Of a DNA stretch of 49,592 nt, positions 18,400 through 29,293 are shown piece by piece (the stretch's first letter is position 1; the number at the start of each line of letters is the position of its first letter). Made by a program: the position numbers and the translations under genes. The DNA comes from Candidatus Rokuibacteriota bacterium (GTDB lineage Bacteria; JAUVQV01; DATDCY01): contig JANOHV010000244.1 in assembly GCA_031406795.1 (NCBI GenBank), positions 1 through 49,592 on the forward strand. Reading direction: 5' to 3'. Below the pieces are notes generated by a model. That model saw nothing but the letters and a program-made list of their open reading frames with translations, was not told the origin of the DNA and did not search any database.

Positions 18400-19398
18400 T
18401 CAGGTTGTGGGCTGCGCTATTACCTGGATGACGGCATCCGGCCACCAGTCGTTCAGCTCCTTGGCGGTGGCGAAATTCGTGCCTTTGGACAACTCGGTAT
18501 AACGGTACGGGAACTGGGCGAGCTGGCGAAGAACGACTTGCGCGGCGCCGATACCATGAAGCTCAAGAATAAGAGTCGGTCTCAGTAGCGCAATTGTCTT
18601 GAGTAAACCGGCTACAACTGCCCCCTCGGCGCCTTCGACATCAATCTTGATGACATCCGGGCGTCGGAGATTATAGTCACTCATGAGGTCATCGATCGGA
18701 GCGGCTCGAACGCCGATCACGTGTCCCGGCTTCAGACAGAAGTAGTCTGATGTTTTGCCAATTCCAACCGCCAGGTTTCCGTAGTTGAGCTTGAAGTCGA
18801 GAGAGCCGACCTTGTCTGATGCTGCAAATGGCAGAACGCTGCAGTTTGAGATCCGATTCTCTTTCAGGTTCTGAGTGAGAAAGTACCCACAGAGGGGATT
18901 TGGCTCGAAACAGTAGACGTGACCCTTTGACCCGGTCAACTGCGAGAAAACAATGGCGTAGAGACCGATGTTCGCGCCAACATCGTACACAACAGAACCG
19001 GGCTTCACGACTTCCGGGAGTCTCAGCATCAGCTCCTTCTCGTGTGTAACCGCGCTCGCGGACTCCCACGGACTGCTCGTCCACATCCGGACGTTCGGAC
19101 TCACCTCAACAAGTCGCGGTCCACCCCCGGTACAACCTTCCAGAATGACCTCGAAGGCGGTTTCCGCCCAAGTCACTTCCCCGCCGGGAGCGAGTGCGCG
19201 AACTGCGAGGGCGTAGATTCCGGGAGCCTCCGGGAAGATGCGGACGGTGGAACCTGATATTTCCAGCGGCTCTGACGAGAGTAGGTAATCAAACCAAAGA
19301 TGGCATTGGATGGATCCATCGTATCCCTCGATGAGAAACTCGCAGGTTTCACCGAGCTGCATCTTGCCCGATGGGTGCGACACGGATCGAATCTTCAC
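18400..19398 (-). CDS. FkbM-family methyltransferase with N-terminal beta-rich extension
   Basis: VVYDVGANIG, VYCFEPNP, DVIKIDVEGAE; visibly lower GC than its flanks. Confidence 0.92.
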   Translation of the reverse strand: MKIRSVSHPSGKMQLGETCEFLIEGYDGSIQCHLWFDYLLSSEPLEISGSTVRIFPEAPGIYALAVRALAPGGEVTWAETAFEVILEGCTGGGPRLVEVSPNVRMWTSSPWESASAVTHEKELMLRLPEVVKPGSVVYDVGANIGLYAIVFSQLTGSKGHVYCFEPNPLCGYFLTQNLKENRISNCSVLPFAASDKVGSLDFKLNYGNLAVGIGKTSDYFCLKPGHVIGVRAAPIDDLMSDYNLRRPDVIKIDVEGAEGAVVAGLLKTIALLRPTLILELHGIGAAQVVLRQLAQFPYRYTELSKGTNFATAKELNDWWPDAVIQVIAQPTT

Positions 19399-19572
19399 AG
19401 GAAATCTCCCTTGCGCGTTGCCCGCGCGTCGTTACTGCGGGAAGTATTTCGGATTGCCGAGCCACGGATCCTCAAGGCCTCGGCGGTAAATGACAGTAAT
19501 TGCAGCCCCTCGCCGCGAAGTTCCAAACTCGACAGATCCTCTAGCGGGTGACACGGCCCCGCAAATTTCCGC

Positions 19573-19609
19573 GATTGTTGACCCAAGGCGGAGATGTGTC
19601 AAGGCCTTT
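19573..19609 (-). promoter_or_regulatory. Duplicated promoter/operator element, copy 2
   Basis: gattgttgac-N10-gatgtgtcaaggccttt, same as copy 1. Confidence 0.72.
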
Positions 19610-19633
19610 CCCCCGGCCGGAACGCGCCGACGG

Positions 19634-20560
19634 TCAGGACGGCGGCCGCCAGTGGTAGCTGTGGAGGCTGATCCGCCGCAACAGCCAGCCGGGGAGGTGG
19701 TCCGCCAGGTGGCCGGTGAGGGTCGCCGCGGTCTTGGTGGCGGTGTACAGGAAGAAATAGGGCAGCCACAACGGGTGTCGCCGCAGGATGAAGAGCGTTT
19801 CCCGGGCGAGGTACTTCAGCCCCATGGAGGCGCTCGTCCCGACCGTGTGGGTCGAGAAGATCCCCTGGAGCGAATACACGCTGTCGAAGTAGCGGCGGAA
19901 CACGTTCGCCAGCGTGTAGCGATGCGAGTGGATGACCACCGACGAGGGCTGGTAGACGACGGCGTACCCGGCGGCGAGCAGGTCGCGGGAAAGCTGTTGG
20001 TCCTCGCTCATGATGAGCGTCTCGTCGAACGGGTGACGCTGCAGGGCGTCGCGCCGCACCGCCGAACTGACGTTCGAGAAGAAGACCTTTTCGAGATCGA
20101 GCGGCTCCCCCGCCGCGGCGCTGCGCCGGATCGGCTCCCCGGGCGGGAAGCGCGAGTGCAGAAAAAAACACTCCATCGGCATCGCGTCGCTGCGGGGGAT
20201 CTGCCGCGAATAGGTGGCGGCAACGGTCGGATCCGCGAAGGGCGCGACCAGCGCGGCCAGCCAGGAGTCGTCCGCCGGAACGGCGTCCTGGGAGAGAAAG
20301 ACGACGATCTCGCCGGCGGCGTGCGCGGCGCCGAGGTTCCGGGAGCGGCCATGGGAAAAATCGGCGATCGGGACGACCTTGGCGATCGGGCAGGTCGCCC
20401 CCACCTCCCGCGTCCGGTCGCTCGAATTCGAATCGACGAGGATGATCTCCCGGGGCGGGGCGGGCTTCTGGGCGAGCAGCGCGGCGAACAGCACGGGAAG
20501 GAAGGGCTCCGCGTTGAGCACCGGGATCGCGACCGAGACGGAGGGCAGTGCGGCCGCCAC
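19634..20560 (-). CDS. GT2-family glycosyltransferase (rhamnosyltransferase-like)
   Basis: VSVAIPVLNA, VDSNSSDRT, FSHGRSRNLG, FLSQDA, FFSNVSS, MSEDQ. Confidence 0.9.
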   Translation of the reverse strand: MAAALPSVSVAIPVLNAEPFLPVLFAALLAQKPAPPREIILVDSNSSDRTREVGATCPIAKVVPIADFSHGRSRNLGAAHAAGEIVVFLSQDAVPADDSWLAALVAPFADPTVAATYSRQIPRSDAMPMECFFLHSRFPPGEPIRRSAAAGEPLDLEKVFFSNVSSAVRRDALQRHPFDETLIMSEDQQLSRDLLAAGYAVVYQPSSVVIHSHRYTLANVFRRYFDSVYSLQGIFSTHTVGTSASMGLKYLARETLFILRRHPLWLPYFFLYTATKTAATLTGHLADHLPGWLLRRISLHSYHWRPPS

Positions 20561-20574
20561 GGCGCCCTCTTCGC

Positions 20575-22140
<1,566 letters not shown>

Positions 22141-22199
22141 GTCATCCCTCCCGGGGATTCAAGGCATTAATAGTAATCGTTTCAAGCGAATCATACCAA

Positions 22200-22228
22200 A
22201 CTGTATGGCAATTCGCAGTTTTGGTCAA
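22200..22228 (-). promoter_or_regulatory. sigma70 promoter of the NifA-like gene
   Basis: Minus strand TTGACC-N17-TACAGT about 60 nt upstream of the GTG start. Confidence 0.65.
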
Positions 22229-22493
22229 TGAACACCGCCTGATCTCACTCGAACCAGCCATTCGCGTCCAGGCTGCGGGGTCCTGCCTGCCACCCCGCCG
22301 CTGGGGTGGTCGCTGCGGACCTCCATCGGCTTCGCTTCGCTCCGCCGCTGGAGACCTCCCCTCCGCGCCACCCCTCCGCTGTCACGGTGACGAGCGAGGC
22401 GCCCCCATCGCCTCGTGCATGCAACGTGTTCCATCCGACAAGTCTTGCACGCCACTAGCACACGGCTCATGGCTGTCATAAGATGAATGCATC

Positions 22494-23585
22494 ATGATCA
22501 TCGGCGTCCCGCAGGAGCTGAAAGTCGGCGAGAACCGCGTCGCCGTGGTGCCCGCGGGCGCGCAGGCGCTCGTCGACGCTGGCAATCGCGTGCTGGTGCA
22601 AGCCGGCGCCGGCGCGGGCAGCGGCATTTCAGACGAGGCCTTTCGCACTGCCGGCGCCGAGATCGTCCCGGACGCCGCGGCCGTTTGGGGCGGCGCCGAT
22701 CTGGTCGTCAAGGTCAAGGAGCCGATCGCGGCGGAGTTCGGTCTGCTGCGCCCGGGGCTCGTGCTGTTCACCTACCTGCACCTTGCGGCGGCGCGCGAGT
22801 TGACGCTCGCGCTGCTCGAGCGTGAAGTGACCGCGATCGCCTACGAGACCATCGAAGCGGCCGACGGGTCGCTCCCGCTGCTGGCGCCGATGAGCGAGGT
22901 CGCCGGGAGGCTGGCGACGCAGATCGGCGCGACCCTGCTGCAAAAGGACCGCGGCGGGCCGGGGATCCTGCTCGGCGGCGTCCCGGGCGTGCGCCACGGA
23001 CGGGTGACGGTTCTCGGCGGCGGCGCGGTCGGGGTGAACGCAGCGCGCGTCGCGGTCGGCATGGGCGCCGAGGTGACCCTGATCGACATCGATCTCAAGC
23101 GCCTTGCCCTGATCGATGAGCACTTCTCGGGCAAGATCGAGACGCTGATGTCGAACCGGGCGAACATCGAAGAGGCGGCGCTGGCCTCCGACCTGCTCGT
23201 CGGCGCGGTGCTGGTGCCGGGGGCGCGCGCGCCGGTGCTCGTGTCGGAGGAGACGGTGCGAGGGATGCGCCCGGGGTCGGTGATCGTCGACGTGGCGGTC
23301 GACCAGGGCGGCTGCATCGCGACGATCCACCCGACCACCCATGCGGAGACGACCTATGTTCTCCACGGGGTGATCCACTACGGCGTGACCAACATCCCGG
23401 CGCTCGTGCCGCGCACCGCGACGTTCGCGCTGACCAACGCAACGCTCCCGTACACGCTGCGGCTCGCCCGGGGCGTGGATGCCGCGCTCGCCGCGGACCC
23501 GGGGTTTGCAAAGGGATTGAACACAGCCGGCGGGAGGGTCGTGCACCAGGCGGTGGCTGCGGCGCATGGACTCCCGATCCGCTGA
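22494..23585 (+). CDS. ald: Alanine dehydrogenase
   Basis: [57 protein letters not shown]. Confidence 0.97.
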   Translation: MIIGVPQELKVGENRVAVVPAGAQALVDAGNRVLVQAGAGAGSGISDEAFRTAGAEIVPDAAAVWGGADLVVKVKEPIAAEFGLLRPGLVLFTYLHLAAARELTLALLEREVTAIAYETIEAADGSLPLLAPMSEVAGRLATQIGATLLQKDRGGPGILLGGVPGVRHGRVTVLGGGAVGVNAARVAVGMGAEVTLIDIDLKRLALIDEHFSGKIETLMSNRANIEEAALASDLLVGAVLVPGARAPVLVSEETVRGMRPGSVIVDVAVDQGGCIATIHPTTHAETTYVLHGVIHYGVTNIPALVPRTATFALTNATLPYTLRLARGVDAALAADPGFAKGLNTAGGRVVHQAVAAAHGLPIR

Positions 23586-23673
23586 ACCGTGGTCCTCCGC
23601 CGCCCCGGCGCGGACCTGCATTACGATGCCGCAGCGTCACGCGGAACTGCACAATGACCTGAAAAGAGGTCGG

Positions 23674-24207
23674 GTGAAACGCACCATACGGGAGCTGTCG
23701 ATTGTGCTGGTCGGAGCGTGCCTGCTCGCAGCGAGTGCTTCCCCCGCGCTCTCGGCCGAGGGGGAGATGTGTCCGATGGGTGGTGCGCTGGTCGTCACCG
23801 AGGTCGTCAAGGACAAAGCGCTGGCGTGGGCCGCCGGGCTGAAGCAGAAGGACGTCAGTGGAGCGGACACCGCCGACTGGACCGTGCTGGCGCTGAGCCG
23901 CACGGACAACGATATCGCCATCCTGGTCGGCCCGGGGTCTGTCTTTTTCGGTGTGGCGGGCCGGGGCGGCGAGGTCTACCCGCGGGACATTGAAAAAGCT
24001 TTCGGGAAAGAGTTCGGGAAACTCCGCGAGACGCTCAGGAAGACCATGACGGACCTCTGGAAGGCGGGCGCGGTGAAAATCGCCGGCGCCGACGTGCAGA
24101 AGCTCTCGGACGCCGCGGGGCTCGGGAGCCTCGAGAAGGCGGGAAACGGCTGGGTGCTGAAGACCCGTGACTGCCAGGCCGTCGACCTGCACGCCTCCGG
24201 CCTGTAG
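23674..24207 (+). CDS. Secreted hypothetical protein
   Basis: GAGGT SD before GTG 23674, Sec signal ending ALS-A, coding-like codon usage. Confidence 0.7.
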   Translation: MKRTIRELSIVLVGACLLAASASPALSAEGEMCPMGGALVVTEVVKDKALAWAAGLKQKDVSGADTADWTVLALSRTDNDIAILVGPGSVFFGVAGRGGEVYPRDIEKAFGKEFGKLRETLRKTMTDLWKAGAVKIAGADVQKLSDAAGLGSLEKAGNGWVLKTRDCQAVDLHASGL

Positions 24208-24227
24208 GATCGGGATCGGCTGACCGG

Positions 24228-24539
24228 CTACGGATGGAAGTCCGTGGCGAGGATCTTCCACGCCACGATCGCGGCCAGCAAGACCCAAAGAACGCAGGGC
24301 GCCGCGACGAGCCGCCGTTGCAGGCGCGGAATCGCCCGCCCGTCCAGCCGGATCCGTCCCGCGGTCGGCTTCGCCATGCAGCCGACGAGGGAGAGCAGCG
24401 TGGTCTTGCCGGAGCCGCTCGGCCCCTTGAGCACGGTCACTTTCGCATCGCCCAATGCCAGGCTCACGCCGTCGAGGGCGACGAACTCGTTCGCCCCGCG
24501 CTCATTGAAGACCTTGCGGACACCCTCCAGCTCGATCAT
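24228..24539 (-). pseudogene. Truncated LolD-like ABC ATPase fused to an unrelated hydrophobic tail
   Basis: Walker A GPSGSGKT and PTAGRIRLDG present; Q-loop, signature and Walker B absent. Confidence 0.82.
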
Positions 24540-24546
24540 CGGCGCC

Positions 24547-25683
24547 TCAGGACCTCATCACGGCATCCGGGTCCACGGTCGCGGCGCGCCAGGTGGGGAG
24601 CACGGTCGCCGCAGCGTAGGGCAGGACGGTCAGCACCATCAGCGTCGCGACCTGATAGGGGTCGACGGCGGGGACGAGCCGGAAATCGGGGTAGAGCGCC
24701 GACCACCCCTTCATGACCCGGGCGAAGAGCGTAGCCGAAGCAAAGAAGACGTGGGCGTAAGCGAGCAGCGTTCCCGCGAGGAAGGCGGTGAGCGAGACTG
24801 CGGCACCCTCCCAGGTCTGGAGCAGGATGATGTCCGAGGTCTCCCAGCCCACGGCCTTGAGGATGCCGATCTCGCGGCGTTCCTCCGCGGAGAGGCCCGA
24901 GGCGCGGTCCCAGGTGAGGATGACGAACGCGAACAGCGCGCCGGCCAGCAGCACCGTCACCATGCCGCCCCGCCAGCCGAAGACGGCGTCGTACGTGCGG
25001 AGCACATCCTCGCGCAGGACGCTGCGGGTGTCGGGCAGCTCCCTCGCGATCTTGGCGGCTACCGTGCCGCGCTCGCGCTCGCTCGGTACGCCGAGCACGA
25101 GGTCCGTCGCGCTGCCGGCCGGGATGCCGGTGATCGCCCTGAAATCGGCCTCGGAGAGCAGCAGCAGGTCGGCCGAGACGAGTTCCGACTCGCTCGAGAG
25201 GATCCAGGCGACCGTCAGGCTTCGCGTCGACCCGTCGTGCGTCTGGAAGGGGAGGTGCCGGCCGACGGCCGTCCCCTTGAGGCGCGCGGCGGCGCCGCCG
25301 AGAACGACCATCCCCTCTTTCGGCGTGGTCTCCATCGGCACCATCAGCGTGAAGGTCGCCTTGCGGGTGGCGTCATAGTGGTAGCCCCACAGGCGCGGTC
25401 GCACGTGGCGTACGCCGTGCAAGCCCCGCAGCCGGTCTGCGTAGGACACGGGGACGAGGTCCATGCGCCCGGCGACGAGGCGCTGCACGACGACGTCCGG
25501 GGCGTCCGCGAGAACGAGCGCGGCTTCCCGCCGCAGCGCCGTGAGCAGGAACATCGTGGAGGCAAGCAGGAAGACCACGGCAGTGTAGACGGCGAGCAGC
25601 GCGATGTTCCTTTCCGCGCGCCGCAGCAGCGAGGAGAGCGCGAAGTCCAGGATGCTGCGCTGCCGCTCCACCCAGGCGCCCAC
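24547..25683 (-). CDS. FtsX/LolE-like ABC permease
   Basis: One TM, periplasmic domain, three TMs; EERREIGILKAVGW; AATVDP. Confidence 0.9.
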   Translation of the reverse strand: MGAWVERQRSILDFALSSLLRRAERNIALLAVYTAVVFLLASTMFLLTALRREAALVLADAPDVVVQRLVAGRMDLVPVSYADRLRGLHGVRHVRPRLWGYHYDATRKATFTLMVPMETTPKEGMVVLGGAAARLKGTAVGRHLPFQTHDGSTRSLTVAWILSSESELVSADLLLLSEADFRAITGIPAGSATDLVLGVPSERERGTVAAKIARELPDTRSVLREDVLRTYDAVFGWRGGMVTVLLAGALFAFVILTWDRASGLSAEERREIGILKAVGWETSDIILLQTWEGAAVSLTAFLAGTLLAYAHVFFASATLFARVMKGWSALYPDFRLVPAVDPYQVATLMVLTVLPYAAATVLPTWRAATVDPDAVMRS

Positions 25684-25686
25684 GCG

Positions 25687-26013
25687 CTACCTCCCGCGCC
25701 TTTCCGGGGGGCCGGCGAGGGAACCCGCCGGGAAATGCTCGAAGGACACGGGGTGCTCCTGGAAGGGCGCGTGCCCATCCGCGAGCGCGAGGTGGCGCGT
25801 GTACGAGGCGTCCGTGAAGAGACAGAGGTCCGTCAGGCCCAGGGTCTTCACCGTCGCGGCCATCCGCGTCACGGCGGGCCGCGCCGCCTCGTCCGCGCTT
25901 GCGGCGTGCAGGAAGCAGAGCCCGAGGAGCGCTGCCTGCACGAGCGTGACCGCGAGGAACAGCGATGACCTGCGCACCCCGGCGATCTCGCGAACCAAGG
26001 TCTTCTCAGGCAT
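25687..26013 (-). CDS. Small membrane-anchored hypothetical protein
   Basis: N-terminal TM; LGLTDLCLFTDASYTRH...PFQEHPVSFEHFPAGS; overlaps cusA stop by 8 nt and ends 3 nt before the permease start. Confidence 0.8.
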   Translation of the reverse strand: MPEKTLVREIAGVRRSSLFLAVTLVQAALLGLCFLHAASADEAARPAVTRMAATVKTLGLTDLCLFTDASYTRHLALADGHAPFQEHPVSFEHFPAGSLAGPPERRGR

Positions 26014-29000
26014 CGGCCGCCGACCGCTCCGCAGGCCGCGCGAGGCGCGGCTTCAGGTGCAGGTGCCACCGCCACGTCTGGTAGACGGCCGGATAGACGA
26101 GCAGTTCGAGAAGAAAGGAGGTGAGGATGCCGCCGACCATCGGGGCGGCGATCCGCTTCATCGTGTCCGCTCCGGCGCCGATAGCCCACATGATCGGCAC
26201 GAGCCCGATGAACGTTGTCGTCACGGTCATGAACTTCGGTCGCAGCCGCTTCACGGCGCCCTCCATGATCGCGGCCCGCAACTCCTCGATGTTCCGCAGG
26301 CGCCCTTCCTTCTTCGCCTGCTCGTAAGCCAGATCGAGGTAGAGCAGCATGAACACGCCCGTCTCCGCGTCCACGCCGAGCAGCGCGATCAGGCCCACCC
26401 AGACGCCGACGCTCATGTTGTACCCGAGCAGGTGCAGGAACCAGACCGCGCCGATCGCCGAGAACGGCACCGCGAGCAGCACGATGAAGGTCTTCACCAC
26501 GGAGCGGGTGTTGAGGTAGAGCAGCAGCAGGATGAGCGCGAGGGTCACCGGGATCACGACCTTCAGGCGCTCGCGCACCCGCTCCATCGCCTCGTATTGG
26601 CCGCTCCAGGAGACGGCGTAGCCGGGCGGCAGCTTGAGCTTGCCGCGGAGCAGCGCGTCCGCCTCGCGCACGAAGCTCTGCGGGTCGCGCCCCGCGAGGT
26701 CCACGTAAACGTAGCCGGTGAGCAACCCGTCCTCGTTGCGAATCATCCCCGGGCCGCTCTTGATCTCGATCGCGGCGAGCCGGCCGAGCGGGACCTGCAC
26801 CTTCCCCTCGCCGACGGGCACCAGGACATCGCCGATCGAGCCGACGTCGGCCCGGAAATCCGGCAGGTAGCGCACGTTCACGCTGTAGCGCTCGCGCCCC
26901 TCGATCGTGGTCGTCACGCTCTCCCCGCCCACCGCCGCGGCGAGCACGTCCTGGGCCTCCTGCACGGAGAGCCCGTAGCGCGCCAGCTCGCGCCGCTTCC
27001 AGACGACGTCGAGGAAGTACCCGCCCGCGGTGCGCTCGGCGAACACGCTGCGGGCGCCGCGCACCCCCTTGAGCACCTGTTCGGCCTCGGCGCCGACCCG
27101 CTCGATCCCGGCGAGGTCGGAGCCGGAGATCTTCAGGCCGACCGGGGTGCGGATGCCGGTGGCCAGCATGTCGATGCGCCCCTTGATCGGCATCGTCCAG
27201 GCGTTCGAGAGCCCCGGGAGCCGCAACGCCTCGTTCATCTCCTCGATGAGCCGCTCCTGGGAGATCGTGTCGGGGGTGATGCGCCGCAGCGGTCCCTTCA
27301 GCCACTCCGGCGCCCAGGGGGAGTACCAGGTGTCGACCTTGCGCCACGCGGACTTCGGCTTGAGCGTGACGACGGTCTCGAGCATCGAGAGCGGCGCCGG
27401 GTCGGTGGAGGTGCCGGCGCGCCCCGCCTTGCCGAGGACGCGCTCGACCTCCGGGAAGGATTTGATGATCCGGTCCGTCACCTGCAGCAGCCGGCCGGCC
27501 TCGGTTGCCGAGATGCCGGGCATCGTGGTCGGCATGTAGAAGAGTGAGCCCTCCTCGAGCGGCGGCATGAACTCCGTGCCGAGCCGGAAGAACGCCGGGA
27601 CGGTGACCGCGACGAGCAGCAGCGCCGTCCCGAAGACGACCCACGTGCGCCGCAGCGTCCAGGCCGCGATCGGCGCGTAGATCCGCATCAGCACGCGGCT
27701 CACCGGGTGGCGCTCCTCCTGGCGGATGGTGCCGACGAACAGCGTGTTGGCGGTGCGGCGGAGCCAGACCGGCCGGAAGGCGAAGGGCTGCGGCCGCGTC
27801 AGCAGCATCCGCAGCGCGGGGTCGAGGGTGACCGCGAGGACCGCCGCGACGAGCATCGCGAGCGTTTTCGTGTAGGCGAGCGGCTTGAAGAGCCGCCCCT
27901 CCTGCGCCTCGAGGGCGAGTACCGGGATGAACGAGACGCCGATCACGAGCAGCGAGAAGAAGCTCGGGCCGGCGACCTGCGTGATCGCCTTCTGCACGAC
28001 GAGCCGGTAATCCCCGACGCGCCCCCCGCGCTCCCACTCCTCGAGCTTCTTGTGCGTCTGCTCGACGACGACGATCGCGGCATCGTCGAGTGCGCCGATC
28101 GCGATCGCTATCCCGCCGAGGCTCATGATGTTCGCGGTCAGCCCGAGGCCGCCGAAGGGGATGAAGGCGATCAGCACCGCCAGCGGGATCGTGATCACCG
28201 GGATCAGCGCGCTCGGCAGGTGCCAGAGGAAGAGCATGATGATCACCGAGATCGTGACGATGACCTCGAGGATCGAAGAGGTCAGCGTGCGGATTGCCCG
28301 GCGGATCAGGTCCGAGCGGTCGTAGGCCGTGACAAGCCGCACCCCGTCGGGGAGCCCCGGGCCGATCTCGACCAGCTTCTTCTTGACGCGGTCGATCACC
28401 TCGAGCGCATTTTGCCCCTGGCGCATCACGACGATGCCGGAGACGACCTCGCCGCGGCCGTCGAGTTCGGCGATCCCACGGCGCAGGTCGGGGCCGACGG
28501 TCACCTGGCCGATGTCGCGCACCCGGATCGGCGAGCCGCTCTCGCTCGGCGATACGACGATTTCCTCGAAGTCCTCGAGCGTGCGGGCGTAGCCGCGGCC
28601 GCGCACCATGTACTCGGTCCCGCCGAACTCGATGAGGCGCGCGCCGGTCTCGACGTTGCCGCCGCGCACCGCCTCCGCCACCCGCTGGATCGGGATCCCG
28701 TAGGCGCGCAGGCGCGCCGGGTCGACGCTCACCTGGTACTGCTTCTGGTAGCCGCCGACCGCCGCGACTTCCGCCACGCCGGGGACGGCCCTCAAGTGGT
28801 AGCGCAGATACCAGTCCTGCAGCGAGCGCAGGTCGGCGAGGCTGCGCTTGCCCGTCTCGTCCACGAGCGCGTACTGGAAGACCCAGCCGAGCCCGAGCGC
28901 GTCCGGGCCGAGTTCGGTCTTGACCCCGGCGGGGAGAGACGGGATGACCGGCGAGAGGTACTCGAGCGTCCGCGAGCGCGCCCAGTAGATGTCGGTCCCC

Positions 29001-29293
29001 TCCTCGAAGATCACGTAGACGAAGGAGTAGCCGAAGTCCGAGAAGCCGCGCACCGCCCGCACCCCGGGGGCGCCGAGCATCGCGGTCACGATCGGGTAAG
29101 TGACCTGGTTCTCGACGAGGTCCGGCGAGCGGTCCCAGCGGGAGTAGACGATGACCTGGGTGTCGGAGAGGTCGGGGATGGCATCGAGCGGCATCCGCCC
29201 GATGGACCACCACCCGGCGACCGCGGCGGCGATGACGGCGACGAAGACGACTGCCTTGTTACGGATGGAAAAGTCGACGACCCGGTCGATCAT
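26006..29293 (-). CDS. cusA: CusA-family heavy-metal RND transporter
   Basis: LDAIPDLSDTQVIV, TANIMSLGGIAIAIG, EFMPPLEEG, MPIKGRIDML, GVDAETGVFML, RLRPKFMT. Confidence 0.95.
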   Translation of the reverse strand: MIDRVVDFSIRNKAVVFVAVIAAAVAGWWSIGRMPLDAIPDLSDTQVIVYSRWDRSPDLVENQVTYPIVTAMLGAPGVRAVRGFSDFGYSFVYVIFEEGTDIYWARSRTLEYLSPVIPSLPAGVKTELGPDALGLGWVFQYALVDETGKRSLADLRSLQDWYLRYHLRAVPGVAEVAAVGGYQKQYQVSVDPARLRAYGIPIQRVAEAVRGGNVETGARLIEFGGTEYMVRGRGYARTLEDFEEIVVSPSESGSPIRVRDIGQVTVGPDLRRGIAELDGRGEVVSGIVVMRQGQNALEVIDRVKKKLVEIGPGLPDGVRLVTAYDRSDLIRRAIRTLTSSILEVIVTISVIIMLFLWHLPSALIPVITIPLAVLIAFIPFGGLGLTANIMSLGGIAIAIGALDDAAIVVVEQTHKKLEEWERGGRVGDYRLVVQKAITQVAGPSFFSLLVIGVSFIPVLALEAQEGRLFKPLAYTKTLAMLVAAVLAVTLDPALRMLLTRPQPFAFRPVWLRRTANTLFVGTIRQEERHPVSRVLMRIYAPIAAWTLRRTWVVFGTALLLVAVTVPAFFRLGTEFMPPLEEGSLFYMPTTMPGISATEAGRLLQVTDRIIKSFPEVERVLGKAGRAGTSTDPAPLSMLETVVTLKPKSAWRKVDTWYSPWAPEWLKGPLRRITPDTISQERLIEEMNEALRLPGLSNAWTMPIKGRIDMLATGIRTPVGLKISGSDLAGIERVGAEAEQVLKGVRGARSVFAERTAGGYFLDVVWKRRELARYGLSVQEAQDVLAAAVGGESVTTTIEGRERYSVNVRYLPDFRADVGSIGDVLVPVGEGKVQVPLGRLAAIEIKSGPGMIRNEDGLLTGYVYVDLAGRDPQSFVREADALLRGKLKLPPGYAVSWSGQYEAMERVRERLKVVIPVTLALILLLLYLNTRSVVKTFIVLLAVPFSAIGAVWFLHLLGYNMSVGVWVGLIALLGVDAETGVFMLLYLDLAYEQAKKEGRLRNIEELRAAIMEGAVKRLRPKFMTVTTTFIGLVPIMWAIGAGADTMKRIAAPMVGGILTSFLLELLVYPAVYQTWRWHLHLKPRLARPAERSAADA

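Noticed and set aside
22380..22494. sigma54 promoter for ald
   Set aside because: No GG-N10-GC with consensus context found on the plus strand
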